The translations under genes were made by a program, and so were the position numbers. From contig JAUVIX010000001.1 in the NCBI GenBank assembly GCA_030592565.1, positions 1 through 33,470 of the forward strand: a stretch of DNA of 33,470 nucleotides. The letters are read 5' to 3'. This document shows, one piece after another, positions 9,204 to 16,624 of the stretch; positions within the stretch are counted from its first letter, which is position 1, and the number at the start of each line of letters is the position of its first letter. Source of the stretch: Chlorobiota bacterium. GTDB taxonomy: Bacteria > Bacteroidota > Bacteroidia > Bacteroidales > JAADJA01. The notes below the pieces were generated by a model that did no database searches, had not been told where the DNA came from, and saw only the letters and a program-made list of their open reading frames with translations.

Positions 9204-10640
9204 TTAAACTTTACTTTTTATAAAGTTGAATAACAACCTCACGCCAACCCCGGTACCACCTCTGGTGCTATACTTGTATGGCTTCCCAAGAAAAGCGGGG
9301 CCTGCAATGTCAAGGTGAATATACGGATAACCAGTAAAGTGCTCCAGAAACTTTCCTGCAGTGATTGCACCGGCTTCCGACCCACCGATATTTTTAATAT
9401 CGGCAATATCAGATTTTATCTCATCATAATAATCCTCCCAAAGAGGAAATTCCACAAGACGTTCATTAACATTATCGCCACTCTTTTTCAAAAGGATAAA
9501 TTCCTTGTCAGCACCCGAATTCATAGCAACAATACCAAATTTTCCAATTGCTCTCATTGCAGCTCCTGTAAGTGTTGCTACATCAATAACAAGCTCAGGA
9601 TCATATTGCTTAGCATAACTCAATGCATCGGCAAGTATCATTCGGCCCTCAGCATCGGTATTAATTACCTCCACCTGTGTTTTATCATACATTGTAATCA
9701 CATCGCCACTTACATAGGCATTTCCATTTAAACGGTTATCCGTTGCAGGAATAAGGGCAATAACATGAACAGGAAGCCTTGCAGCAGCAATAGCATAAAG
9801 AGCACCCGATACAGCAGCAGCACCACCCATATCACTCTTCATATCGTACATATACTCTCCTGTCTTAATGTTCAGTCCACCGGTGTCATAAACAACACCT
9901 TTTCCAACAAAAATATAAGGCTTCTTATTAACTGCATTTTTTGGCTTCCACTCCATTATTGTAAAAGTAGGTGGATCAACACTTCCTTTGTTCACAGCCA
10001 GCAAACCACCCATTTTTAATGACTCTATCTTCTTTTTGTTTAAAACCTCAACCTTGGCATCCGACTTCTTTCCCAGCTTTTCAATCTCCTTCGAAAAGGT
10101 AACAGCATTGAGATATGAAACAGGCTCATTCACAAAATTCCTTGCAGTATATGTTGCATCTATAACGATATTCGATTGGTCAATCAGCTTCTCATCAAGA
10201 TTTTTCGAATAGAGATCAATTGAATTCAGCGAATTCATTTTCTCAGCAGGGTCTTTCTTATATTTCAAAAATTGATAATTCCCCAAAGCCATTCCTTCGG
10301 CATAAGCAAGCAACTCTTCCTGCTTCCCTTCTATATCAACCAAAACTACAGAATTGAGCTTATTACCATTGATCTTGCTCAGCAGTTTATTTCCTGCACT
10401 CCGGTACTCCTCAAGTCTTTTTGTTCTGACTCTTTCCTTCTTTAAAATATTTACAAAAATCCAGTTTGTAAAATGATTGAATGAAAAAATATCTCTTTTG
10501 TTATCTCTGTATTGTGTTCTGATGAATTTTATCTCCTCTTTTGAAAGATATTTCTCATCAAGATTTCTAAGGTCAGTTATCAAAAATACAAGGTTTTCCT
10601 TTTTGAAAAGTCTTTCGGTCTTACCTATTATAGTTAGCAT
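9204..10640 (-). CDS. pepA: Leucyl aminopeptidase, M17 family
   Basis: M17 signature NTDAEGRMILADAL, plus VGKGVVYDTGG and DMGGAAAV. The track start at 10676 is a TTG lying inside a -7 box, so I take the in-frame ATG at 10640 (MLTIIGKTE...). Confidence 0.9.
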   Translation of the reverse strand: MLTIIGKTERLFKKENLVFLITDLRNLDEKYLSKEEIKFIRTQYRDNKRDIFSFNHFTNWIFVNILKKERVRTKRLEEYRSAGNKLLSKINGNKLNSVVLVDIEGKQEELLAYAEGMALGNYQFLKYKKDPAEKMNSLNSIDLYSKNLDEKLIDQSNIVIDATYTARNFVNEPVSYLNAVTFSKEIEKLGKKSDAKVEVLNKKKIESLKMGGLLAVNKGSVDPPTFTIMEWKPKNAVNKKPYIFVGKGVVYDTGGLNIKTGEYMYDMKSDMGGAAAVSGALYAIAAARLPVHVIALIPATDNRLNGNAYVSGDVITMYDKTQVEVINTDAEGRMILADALSYAKQYDPELVIDVATLTGAAMRAIGKFGIVAMNSGADKEFILLKKSGDNVNERLVEFPLWEDYYDEIKSDIADIKNIGGSEAGAITAGKFLEHFTGYPYIHLDIAGPAFLGKPYKYSTRGGTGVGVRLLFNFIKSKV

Positions 10641-10673
10641 AATTGGATTGTTTTTAAATGAATTATCTGCCTG

Positions 10674-10681
10674 CAAAGATA
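10674..10681 (-). promoter_or_regulatory. Candidate -7 promoter box (TATCTTTG on the minus strand) for pepA
   Basis: The plus strand reads CAAAGATA, an exact match on the minus strand. It lies 33 nt upstream of the ATG at 10640. Confidence 0.4.
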
Positions 10682-10848
10682 GTCAGAATAATGAAAGAGT
10701 AAAAGATATTTGATTATTGATGTGGAAGGCTAACCCGTAAGGTCTATACGAAGGGACTAAACGTTAATGAAAACAAGTAGTGTAGTTAGGCTGTTTTTAA
10801 CCCATAACTCTTGATACCTATAAAATAGCACTTTACATTTTACTCCAA

Positions 10849-11751
10849 TTAATCCTCTGTCAATTCTTCCATTACATCTTCAACATCACCGGGAGTACTT
10901 GATATCTTCATAAACTGTCCCATTGTCAGTTCAGGCCAGAGCAGGGCAAAGCGATATTTTCCGTGAAGCATAGTAACATCTTTTCCCTGTAAAATTATTT
11001 CGTAAGGCATTGCCGCAATGTGATCCTCACCGATTATTGGCAGGAAATGACCTTCACCTTCTTCAGAATCAAGCAAGGCGATACCAAAAACGGCAACCTC
11101 CTTATTCGGGAATACTAATTCGTAAACTTTCAATGTATTTCCCTTTTTTGCCTCTAGATTTTTACGAATGACACTCAGTCCTTCATCAAAAGAGTCAAAT
11201 TCATTTAGCTCAACAGGATCAGTAAAATAAGGCATCATCATCATATAATGATAGTCCTTCAGGTCATCGGATTCAACACCACCACCAAAGGGAGTAAAAT
11301 CAGAACCTACCACTTTCAAGGCTTCTTTTGCATCATTCGAAACAGCTGTCAATTCACCAATATGTTTATCTGTCTCATCCATTAAGTATGCGTAAAAAAG
11401 GTAAGGAGGATTTAACATTGAGACAATAATTTTTCCATCCTTCTCTACAAATCCGATTTTTAATACACTTGCCAGAGCTCCTCTGTCCTTAACCTTCAGA
11501 GTAATTTTTTGTAAATCATCACGAGTATAGGCAATAACATAAAGTCCTGCCTTAGTCTCGGGATGATATTCACCAATTATATCAAAACCTTTTGATGTTA
11601 AAGCATCTTTAACTTGCTTAACAGCTTCATCCATACTAACTGTTAGTTCACCAACTTTTAAATATGGTGATAGTTCGTCTTTCGCATAAGAGTTAATTGT
11701 TATTGCCAGAACTAACATTACAACAGCAAAAGGAGTGATTAACTTTTTCAT
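10849..11751 (-). CDS. Secreted hypothetical protein; possible tandem DUF302-like alpha/beta domains
   Basis: 300 aa with an SPI-type signal peptide (VLAITINSYA-KDE). There is an internal duplication: SMDEAVKQVKDALTSKGFDIIGEYHP..LYVIAY versus SFDEGLSVIRKNLEAKKGNTLKVYELVFP..VFGIAL. The family call is tentative. Confidence 0.7.
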   Translation of the reverse strand: MKKLITPFAVVMLVLAITINSYAKDELSPYLKVGELTVSMDEAVKQVKDALTSKGFDIIGEYHPETKAGLYVIAYTRDDLQKITLKVKDRGALASVLKIGFVEKDGKIIVSMLNPPYLFYAYLMDETDKHIGELTAVSNDAKEALKVVGSDFTPFGGGVESDDLKDYHYMMMMPYFTDPVELNEFDSFDEGLSVIRKNLEAKKGNTLKVYELVFPNKEVAVFGIALLDSEEGEGHFLPIIGEDHIAAMPYEIILQGKDVTMLHGKYRFALLWPELTMGQFMKISSTPGDVEDVMEELTED

Positions 11752-11788
11752 ATCTATCTATTTAAATTTAACTATGTTTACCGGATAG

Positions 11789-11796
11789 CAAAAGTA
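11789..11796 (-). promoter_or_regulatory. Candidate -7 promoter box (TACTTTTG on the minus strand) for the 300-aa secreted protein gene
   Basis: The plus strand reads CAAAAGTA, an exact TAnnTTTG match on the minus strand. It lies 38 nt upstream of the ATG at 11751. Confidence 0.35.
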
Positions 11797-11870
11797 ATTA
11801 CAGAAAATTAAAATCAAAGCAGTTTTTATTATTTATAGAGGTTACAAATAAATATTTCCGTTATATCCGC

Positions 11871-13007
11871 TCATAAATCACCTTTCAAACAATACAAATT
11901 ATTTTCAATATATGACAGACAAATAAGGTTTTTTTCACTATTGACAACCGGATTATACGCCCTGATGTAATTATCGGACTCGGGTGCCATAAATTCAATT
12001 TTCCCTTCCGTATTGACAACAAAAACACCTTTATCTTCTCCAAGATAGATCATTCCGTTTTCTTCAACCGTGTAGTTCCTAAATGAAAGATAAAAGTTAT
12101 TATACATATCTTCCATTCTCCAAATCTCATTACCGTCAAGGTCATATTTGAATAAATTTTTATTCACTATTAGTATTTTATTATCGTGACTAACTTGAAA
12201 ATCTGAAACTGCCAGATTGGGGATTGTAAGCTTATTTTCCAATTGCCCGCTATTACTCAAATGATATATGTCACCCGAATTCTCGAAAAATAAAGAACCG
12301 TCATTGCCAAAATGGATTTTGGAAATATGGTAAGCTTCCGCTTGTTGCCATTTCCATATAAGATTACAAGAATTGGCGGAAACGGAATACTTCTGAATTT
12401 TTGAAAAAGACCTCAAATATAGACTATTGTCGTAGGTGTAAATTTCATTAGCTCTCAAATTTGTGTATTTATGCCATATTTCATTGCCTTCTAAATCAAG
12501 TAAAGTGATTTTTGAAAAAGAAGCTGTATCTGATATTAAACAGATATTTTGACCCAGGAGTTCTACTATTGAACCGTAGGAATATGATGTGTTATAGTTT
12601 ATCGGTATTTGCTTTATCAGGCTTCCGTCATTTGAGTCTATCAAATATAATCTTTTTGAATTACTGGAAATAGAGGTGGTCAAAAGCAATGTTGAATTTT
12701 TATAGAACAATCCGGATAAAAATTTACCCTGAAATTCTTTCTCCCAACGAACATCACCTTGTTCATTAAAAGAATTTATACGGGAAACACATTCCGTCAT
12801 CCCCAAATAATTTGACCGGGACAAAACGTAAATATTATCTGCTTCGTCAATCGTTGGCACTTTTGATCTTATAGAGTATTTGGAATCTAAATGTATTTTC
12901 CATAAAACAGGGTGATTGTCCACTCCCTGTTCTTCGTCTGTTGGTCCTTGTTTTTGACAGGCAATCATTATTGTCGCCAATGCTATCAATCGTATTAAAT
13001 GCCTCAT
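11871..13007 (-). CDS. Lipoprotein, PQQ-like/BamB-like beta-propeller repeat protein
   Basis: 378 aa with a lipobox (TIMIAC-QKQ). G(D/N)xxW blade motifs recur: QGDVRWEKEF, EGNEIWHKY, NLIWKWQ, DGNEIWRME. Confidence 0.7.
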   Translation of the reverse strand: MRHLIRLIALATIMIACQKQGPTDEEQGVDNHPVLWKIHLDSKYSIRSKVPTIDEADNIYVLSRSNYLGMTECVSRINSFNEQGDVRWEKEFQGKFLSGLFYKNSTLLLTTSISSNSKRLYLIDSNDGSLIKQIPINYNTSYSYGSIVELLGQNICLISDTASFSKITLLDLEGNEIWHKYTNLRANEIYTYDNSLYLRSFSKIQKYSVSANSCNLIWKWQQAEAYHISKIHFGNDGSLFFENSGDIYHLSNSGQLENKLTIPNLAVSDFQVSHDNKILIVNKNLFKYDLDGNEIWRMEDMYNNFYLSFRNYTVEENGMIYLGEDKGVFVVNTEGKIEFMAPESDNYIRAYNPVVNSEKNLICLSYIENNLYCLKGDL

Positions 13008-13031
13008 ATCTACTTGATTATATGCACTTTG

Positions 13032-14342
13032 TCATATATCTGAAATAACTACTCCCTTATCCCCAAAAGAATTATTAATACTTCCATCTTCATTGAAACG
13101 CATAATGAAAAAATCTGTATCTTGAACCAAAGTTGTATTATCTTTACTCATCTCTCCTGTAACAATAATTTTTCCACCATTTTTTATTACCGACAATCCA
13201 CTTACCTTATTTAAATCATCATAACTATTTAATGCAATACCATTCTCCCCAAAAGCACTGTTTAATTCTCCATTTGGTAAAATACCTGCTAAAATAATAC
13301 TCTTTTTGTCTCGTCCTAATAAAAGGAAATTTTCATTTTTTTGGATAAAAACAGAACGGACAGAAACAGGATTATCGGGACAACACAGATTGATGGCTAT
13401 TCCCTCCTGACCAAATTCACTGTCTAAACTTCCATCTTGATTAATCCTTGCAAATAACAAATCATCATACTCCATTATGCTGAGTAGAAGGTATTTGTCA
13501 TCTTCAGTGTTATTGATACAGGTGTTTTTATTAAGATTGTATCCCATATCGGCGAGGAGTTTTCCGTCTCCACTGAAAGTTGTATCCAAATTTCCATTGG
13601 GATGAAGCCTAAGCATAGGAACAATATTTTGGTTTTCACTAGTATTTCCTATTAAAAGTATTTTCCCGTCTTCTTGAATCTTTTGATAACTACAAGTCGT
13701 ATTAAAAGCATTGAAATCAAAGCTTGCTGTTCCGTCAGAACCAAACTCTGCAACTTCTTGTCCGGTTTGATCTAATTGAGAGACAAAGAAGCTTTTGAGT
13801 GATGACGTCTCGAAAGATTTCGCTCCACTTATCAAAATATTATTGTTCCCCATTAGTTCTAAAGAGTGAATAGCAACAGATTTGTATTTTTTCATACCCG
13901 TATTTCCAAAGGAGTTGTCAATATTACCATCAGCGGAATATCGCGCAATGGAAGATTCCAGCTCTCCCCTCTCGGGCGTACTACTTGCAGTGAAAACAAT
14001 GCTTCCTTCATTTGTAATAGCAACCTTGCAAATCAGTGATTCAAAACTGCTAAGTTGGAAATCGGTAAAAACTATTCCTTTTTTTCCGAAATCAGGATCA
14101 ATAAGGCCGTTTTCCAGATATTTAACGATTACAATCGAAGGCCCGTTTTCATCATCACGTATAACATATCCAATCACAATTATTTCGCCTGACGGCAAAG
14201 TCGCCACTGCTTTTATTTTATTTATGTTTTCGTGAACTATATAGTCCTCCCAACTATCCTCTTCTTTGCAAGAATTTGCTAGCAGTAAAATGAGAAAGCT
14301 TAAAAAAAACATCAAAAGTTTGCTTCGTCTTTTTGTATTCAT
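13032..14342 (-). CDS. Surface-type lipoprotein with about 7 delta-60-like repeats (predicted beta-propeller)
   Basis: 436 aa with lipobox LLANSC followed by KEED (a K-(D/E)2 lipoprotein export signal). A repeat occurs every ~55-60 aa: NGLIDPDFGKKG, DGNIDNSFGNTG, EVAEFGSDG, NGNLDTTFSGDG, DGSLDSEFGQEG, NGELNSAFGENG, DGSINNSFGDKG. Confidence 0.75.
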   Translation of the reverse strand: MNTKRRSKLLMFFLSFLILLLANSCKEEDSWEDYIVHENINKIKAVATLPSGEIIVIGYVIRDDENGPSIVIVKYLENGLIDPDFGKKGIVFTDFQLSSFESLICKVAITNEGSIVFTASSTPERGELESSIARYSADGNIDNSFGNTGMKKYKSVAIHSLELMGNNNILISGAKSFETSSLKSFFVSQLDQTGQEVAEFGSDGTASFDFNAFNTTCSYQKIQEDGKILLIGNTSENQNIVPMLRLHPNGNLDTTFSGDGKLLADMGYNLNKNTCINNTEDDKYLLLSIMEYDDLLFARINQDGSLDSEFGQEGIAINLCCPDNPVSVRSVFIQKNENFLLLGRDKKSIILAGILPNGELNSAFGENGIALNSYDDLNKVSGLSVIKNGGKIIVTGEMSKDNTTLVQDTDFFIMRFNEDGSINNSFGDKGVVISDI

Positions 14343-14359
14343 AATGTTTTAGTTTTCAG

Positions 14360-14367
14360 CAAAAGTA
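14360..14367 (-). promoter_or_regulatory. Candidate -7 promoter box (TACTTTTG on the minus strand) for the two beta-propeller lipoprotein genes
   Basis: The plus strand reads CAAAAGTA, an exact match on the minus strand. It lies 18 nt upstream of the ATG at 14342. A near-duplicate (caaaaagta) follows immediately. Confidence 0.4.
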
Positions 14368-14382
14368 CAAAAAGTACAATTC

Positions 14383-15621
14383 CTATTTCGCCAGCCAATT
14401 AGAAGGATTCAGCAATGACTTCCCTTTCCAAAGTTCGAAATGAAGTTCAGTTTTGGCATCTTTTGTATCGGTATGAATTACTCCCACTTCCTGTTTTGCT
14501 TTTACCACATCACCCTTTTTTACAAATACTTCCACAAGGTTGGAGTAAACTGACAAATACTCACCATGCCTTACCATTACAACATAATAGTAGCTAGGGA
14601 TAGAAATGACACGTGTCACCTCCCCGCCAAATATTGCCCTGGCTTTCGTAGCTTTGGCAGTAAGAATATCGATACCATTATTTTTAATTTTAACATTTTT
14701 CAACACCGGATGAGGATGTGTTCCGAAAGTACCGGAAATCATTCCTCTCTCTACGGGCCACGGCAGCCGTCCTTTGTTTGAGGCAAAATCGTTTGAAAGC
14801 TTGAGTTCAGCAGGCGTAAGAGCAAATCCGGAAGTTTCGGTTGTGCCTGATTTTTCCGACGCAAGCCTGATCTCCTCTGCAATAATCTTTTCAATCTCCC
14901 TTTCCAATTTTCTTGCTGCCTTCTCCCTTTTTCTGATTTCAGCTTTCAGCTCCTTCTCCTTTGAATTCAACTTCTGAAATGTCTTGTTTTGTTGACTTTT
15001 CTCCTGACTAAGGTTACTCTTCTCCTCCTCAACCACCTGAACCAGCAATACCTTTTCTGCTTTAATGGCTTTCAACTTTTTTAATGTTTTGTTAATTTCA
15101 TTTTCCGTCTTTACAATTAGTTCTGCCTGATTGCGCCTGTATGCAGTATATTGCTGGAAATATTTTATCCTTTTGTACGCCTGATTAAAGTCTTTGGACG
15201 AAAAAATAAACATCAGCTTGTCATATGAATTTCTATTTTTATAAGCATAAAAGATCATCTTTGCATACTCCTCTTTAAGATTTTTCAGGTCTTTATTAAG
15301 TTCGGCAAGAATTTCGTTGTTAAGAACTATTTGATCATCAACCGTTTTTATCTGAGAGTTTATATTTTGAATCAGTTTTTCGCGGCTCGATATCTGTTGA
15401 TTCAAAATAACAAGCTGATTAAGGGTAGTCTTTTGGGTCTTTTTCGTCTCATTCAGGAGCCTGTTATTATATTCAATTTCTTTCTCGATCTTTTGTTTTG
15501 AAGCCTGTAATTTTGCTTTCTGGTTCTGTGAGAAGAGAGGGTTGATACCTGGCAGGAGGACAAATAGCAAGAAAATAACAGCATACAAAAATATTTTTCT
15601 ATTGTAATCCTTATCCCTCAT
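14383..15621 (-). CDS. M23-family peptidoglycan metalloendopeptidase with N-terminal coiled coil (EnvC-like architecture)
   Basis: 412 aa. A signal/anchor is followed by a long K/E/Q-rich coiled coil. The C-terminal LytM domain shows GIDI, GEVTRV, VMVRHGEYLSVYSNL and LHFELW. Confidence 0.9.
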   Translation of the reverse strand: MRDKDYNRKIFLYAVIFLLFVLLPGINPLFSQNQKAKLQASKQKIEKEIEYNNRLLNETKKTQKTTLNQLVILNQQISSREKLIQNINSQIKTVDDQIVLNNEILAELNKDLKNLKEEYAKMIFYAYKNRNSYDKLMFIFSSKDFNQAYKRIKYFQQYTAYRRNQAELIVKTENEINKTLKKLKAIKAEKVLLVQVVEEEKSNLSQEKSQQNKTFQKLNSKEKELKAEIRKREKAARKLEREIEKIIAEEIRLASEKSGTTETSGFALTPAELKLSNDFASNKGRLPWPVERGMISGTFGTHPHPVLKNVKIKNNGIDILTAKATKARAIFGGEVTRVISIPSYYYVVMVRHGEYLSVYSNLVEVFVKKGDVVKAKQEVGVIHTDTKDAKTELHFELWKGKSLLNPSNWLAK

Positions 15622-15652
15622 TTGTATAATTATTGTTGTAAAATCAAAACTT

Positions 15653-15660
15653 CAAAAATA
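15653..15660 (-). promoter_or_regulatory. Candidate -7 promoter box (TATTTTTG on the minus strand) for the M23 peptidase gene
   Basis: The plus strand reads CAAAAATA, an exact match on the minus strand. It lies 32 nt upstream of the ATG at 15621. Confidence 0.35.
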
Positions 15661-15665
15661 AACTA

Positions 15666-16490
15666 TTATTGAATACATGAATACTTTGAAGGAATTTTAA
15701 AGGGAAATTTCTTAGGCTGATCAACAGTAATTTTTGAATATTTCAACTTAACATCAATGGGTGTATCCGCTGAAAGGTTATAATAAATAGTTCCGGAGAA
15801 TAGCTGATCGTTGACATCCTGAAAATCAGAGTATTCAGCTTCCAGTTTTCTGCTATTCTCAACAGTCTCCTTTATCTTCATATGTGTAATTTTGAAGGTT
15901 TCAGGATTGAGGCAGATATTCTGAATAAAAATACGGTTGGCATCATCAGTTGTCTTCACATATTTTTTAAGCTTATGTCTCCCGGCCGTTACAAGACGAT
16001 ATTCCTTACTGTCGTAGCTTGCATTAAATTTACCGTCTTCGTAATAGGTCAGGTCATTGCCAATAATCAGCGATTGCAGAACATCAAAATCCACATTGGA
16101 ATTAAGAAAATCCTTCACAAATCTGTTATCACCGAGAAAATAGGTTTTTTTAAGCCGGTTCATATATTTAATCGAATCGTTCGTAATAAGTATCCTTGCC
16201 ATTTCTATTCCAAGAGCAGGCGAAAGGCTTATCCAAATGGCGCTGTCTTTCCTTATCCTGATCTGACCCTTCAAAGAGTTCTTATTACCGTCAATGATTA
16301 AATCAAGACTAAATTTTGCAGTAATATTTTCAAACTTAAATTGATTCTCTTTCAGTTTTTCAAACAGATAATCGGCACCATACTCTTTCAACGGCTTTTT
16401 CACCACACTCCGCGTCGAGTGGCAGGATACAACCATCGTTACCAATATTGCAATTATAAAAAAGGATCTTATATTTTTTAAATAATTCAT
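15666..16490 (-). CDS. DUF4292-family lipoprotein (LolA/LolB-like fold family)
   Basis: 274 aa with lipobox MVVSC-HSTR and no acidic export signal. The core AKFSLDLIIDGNKNSLKGQIRIRKDSAIWISLSPALGIEMARILITNDSIKYMNR matches my recollection of DUF4292 proteins. The gene sits in the usual dut-TPR-DUF4292-M23 order. Confidence 0.75.
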   Translation of the reverse strand: MNYLKNIRSFFIIAILVTMVVSCHSTRSVVKKPLKEYGADYLFEKLKENQFKFENITAKFSLDLIIDGNKNSLKGQIRIRKDSAIWISLSPALGIEMARILITNDSIKYMNRLKKTYFLGDNRFVKDFLNSNVDFDVLQSLIIGNDLTYYEDGKFNASYDSKEYRLVTAGRHKLKKYVKTTDDANRIFIQNICLNPETFKITHMKIKETVENSRKLEAEYSDFQDVNDQLFSGTIYYNLSADTPIDVKLKYSKITVDQPKKFPFKIPSKYSCIQ

Positions 16491-16550
16491 TAAAACACAA
16501 AGTCTTCTAATTTCAGCTTTACAAATTTTCAGCTAACCGTTTTTACAATT

Positions 16551-16620
16551 AATTACAACCAATTACCACAAATTACTACTAATTACCATCAATTACAACC
16601 TAATTACCACCAATCACCAC
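16551..16620. repeat. Seven tandem 10-nt AATTAC-type repeats inside a 118-nt G-free (plus strand) tract
   Basis: aattacaacc/aattaccaca/aattactact/aattaccatc/aattacaacc/taattaccac/caatcaccac. The repeats lie between the TPR gene stop (16625) and the DUF4292 ATG (16490). The plus strand has no G from 16540 to 16657. Confidence 0.85.
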
Positions 16621-16624
16621 CTTT

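Noticed and set aside
9315-9731. 138-aa plus-strand ORF, plus similar ORFs at 9765-10019, 9988-10212 and 10477-10713
   Set aside because: All are antisense to pepA, which carries the M17 signature. They have no recognisable motifs and are typical shadow frames in AT-rich DNA.
10677-10848. 172-nt gap between the 300-aa gene and pepA examined for an sRNA or small ORF
   Set aside because: Only 3-7 codon ORFs are present on either strand. There is no stable hairpin or terminator. The space is adequately explained by the pepA promoter.
15882-16301. 139-aa plus-strand ORF
   Set aside because: It is antisense within the DUF4292 lipoprotein gene and has no start context or motif support.
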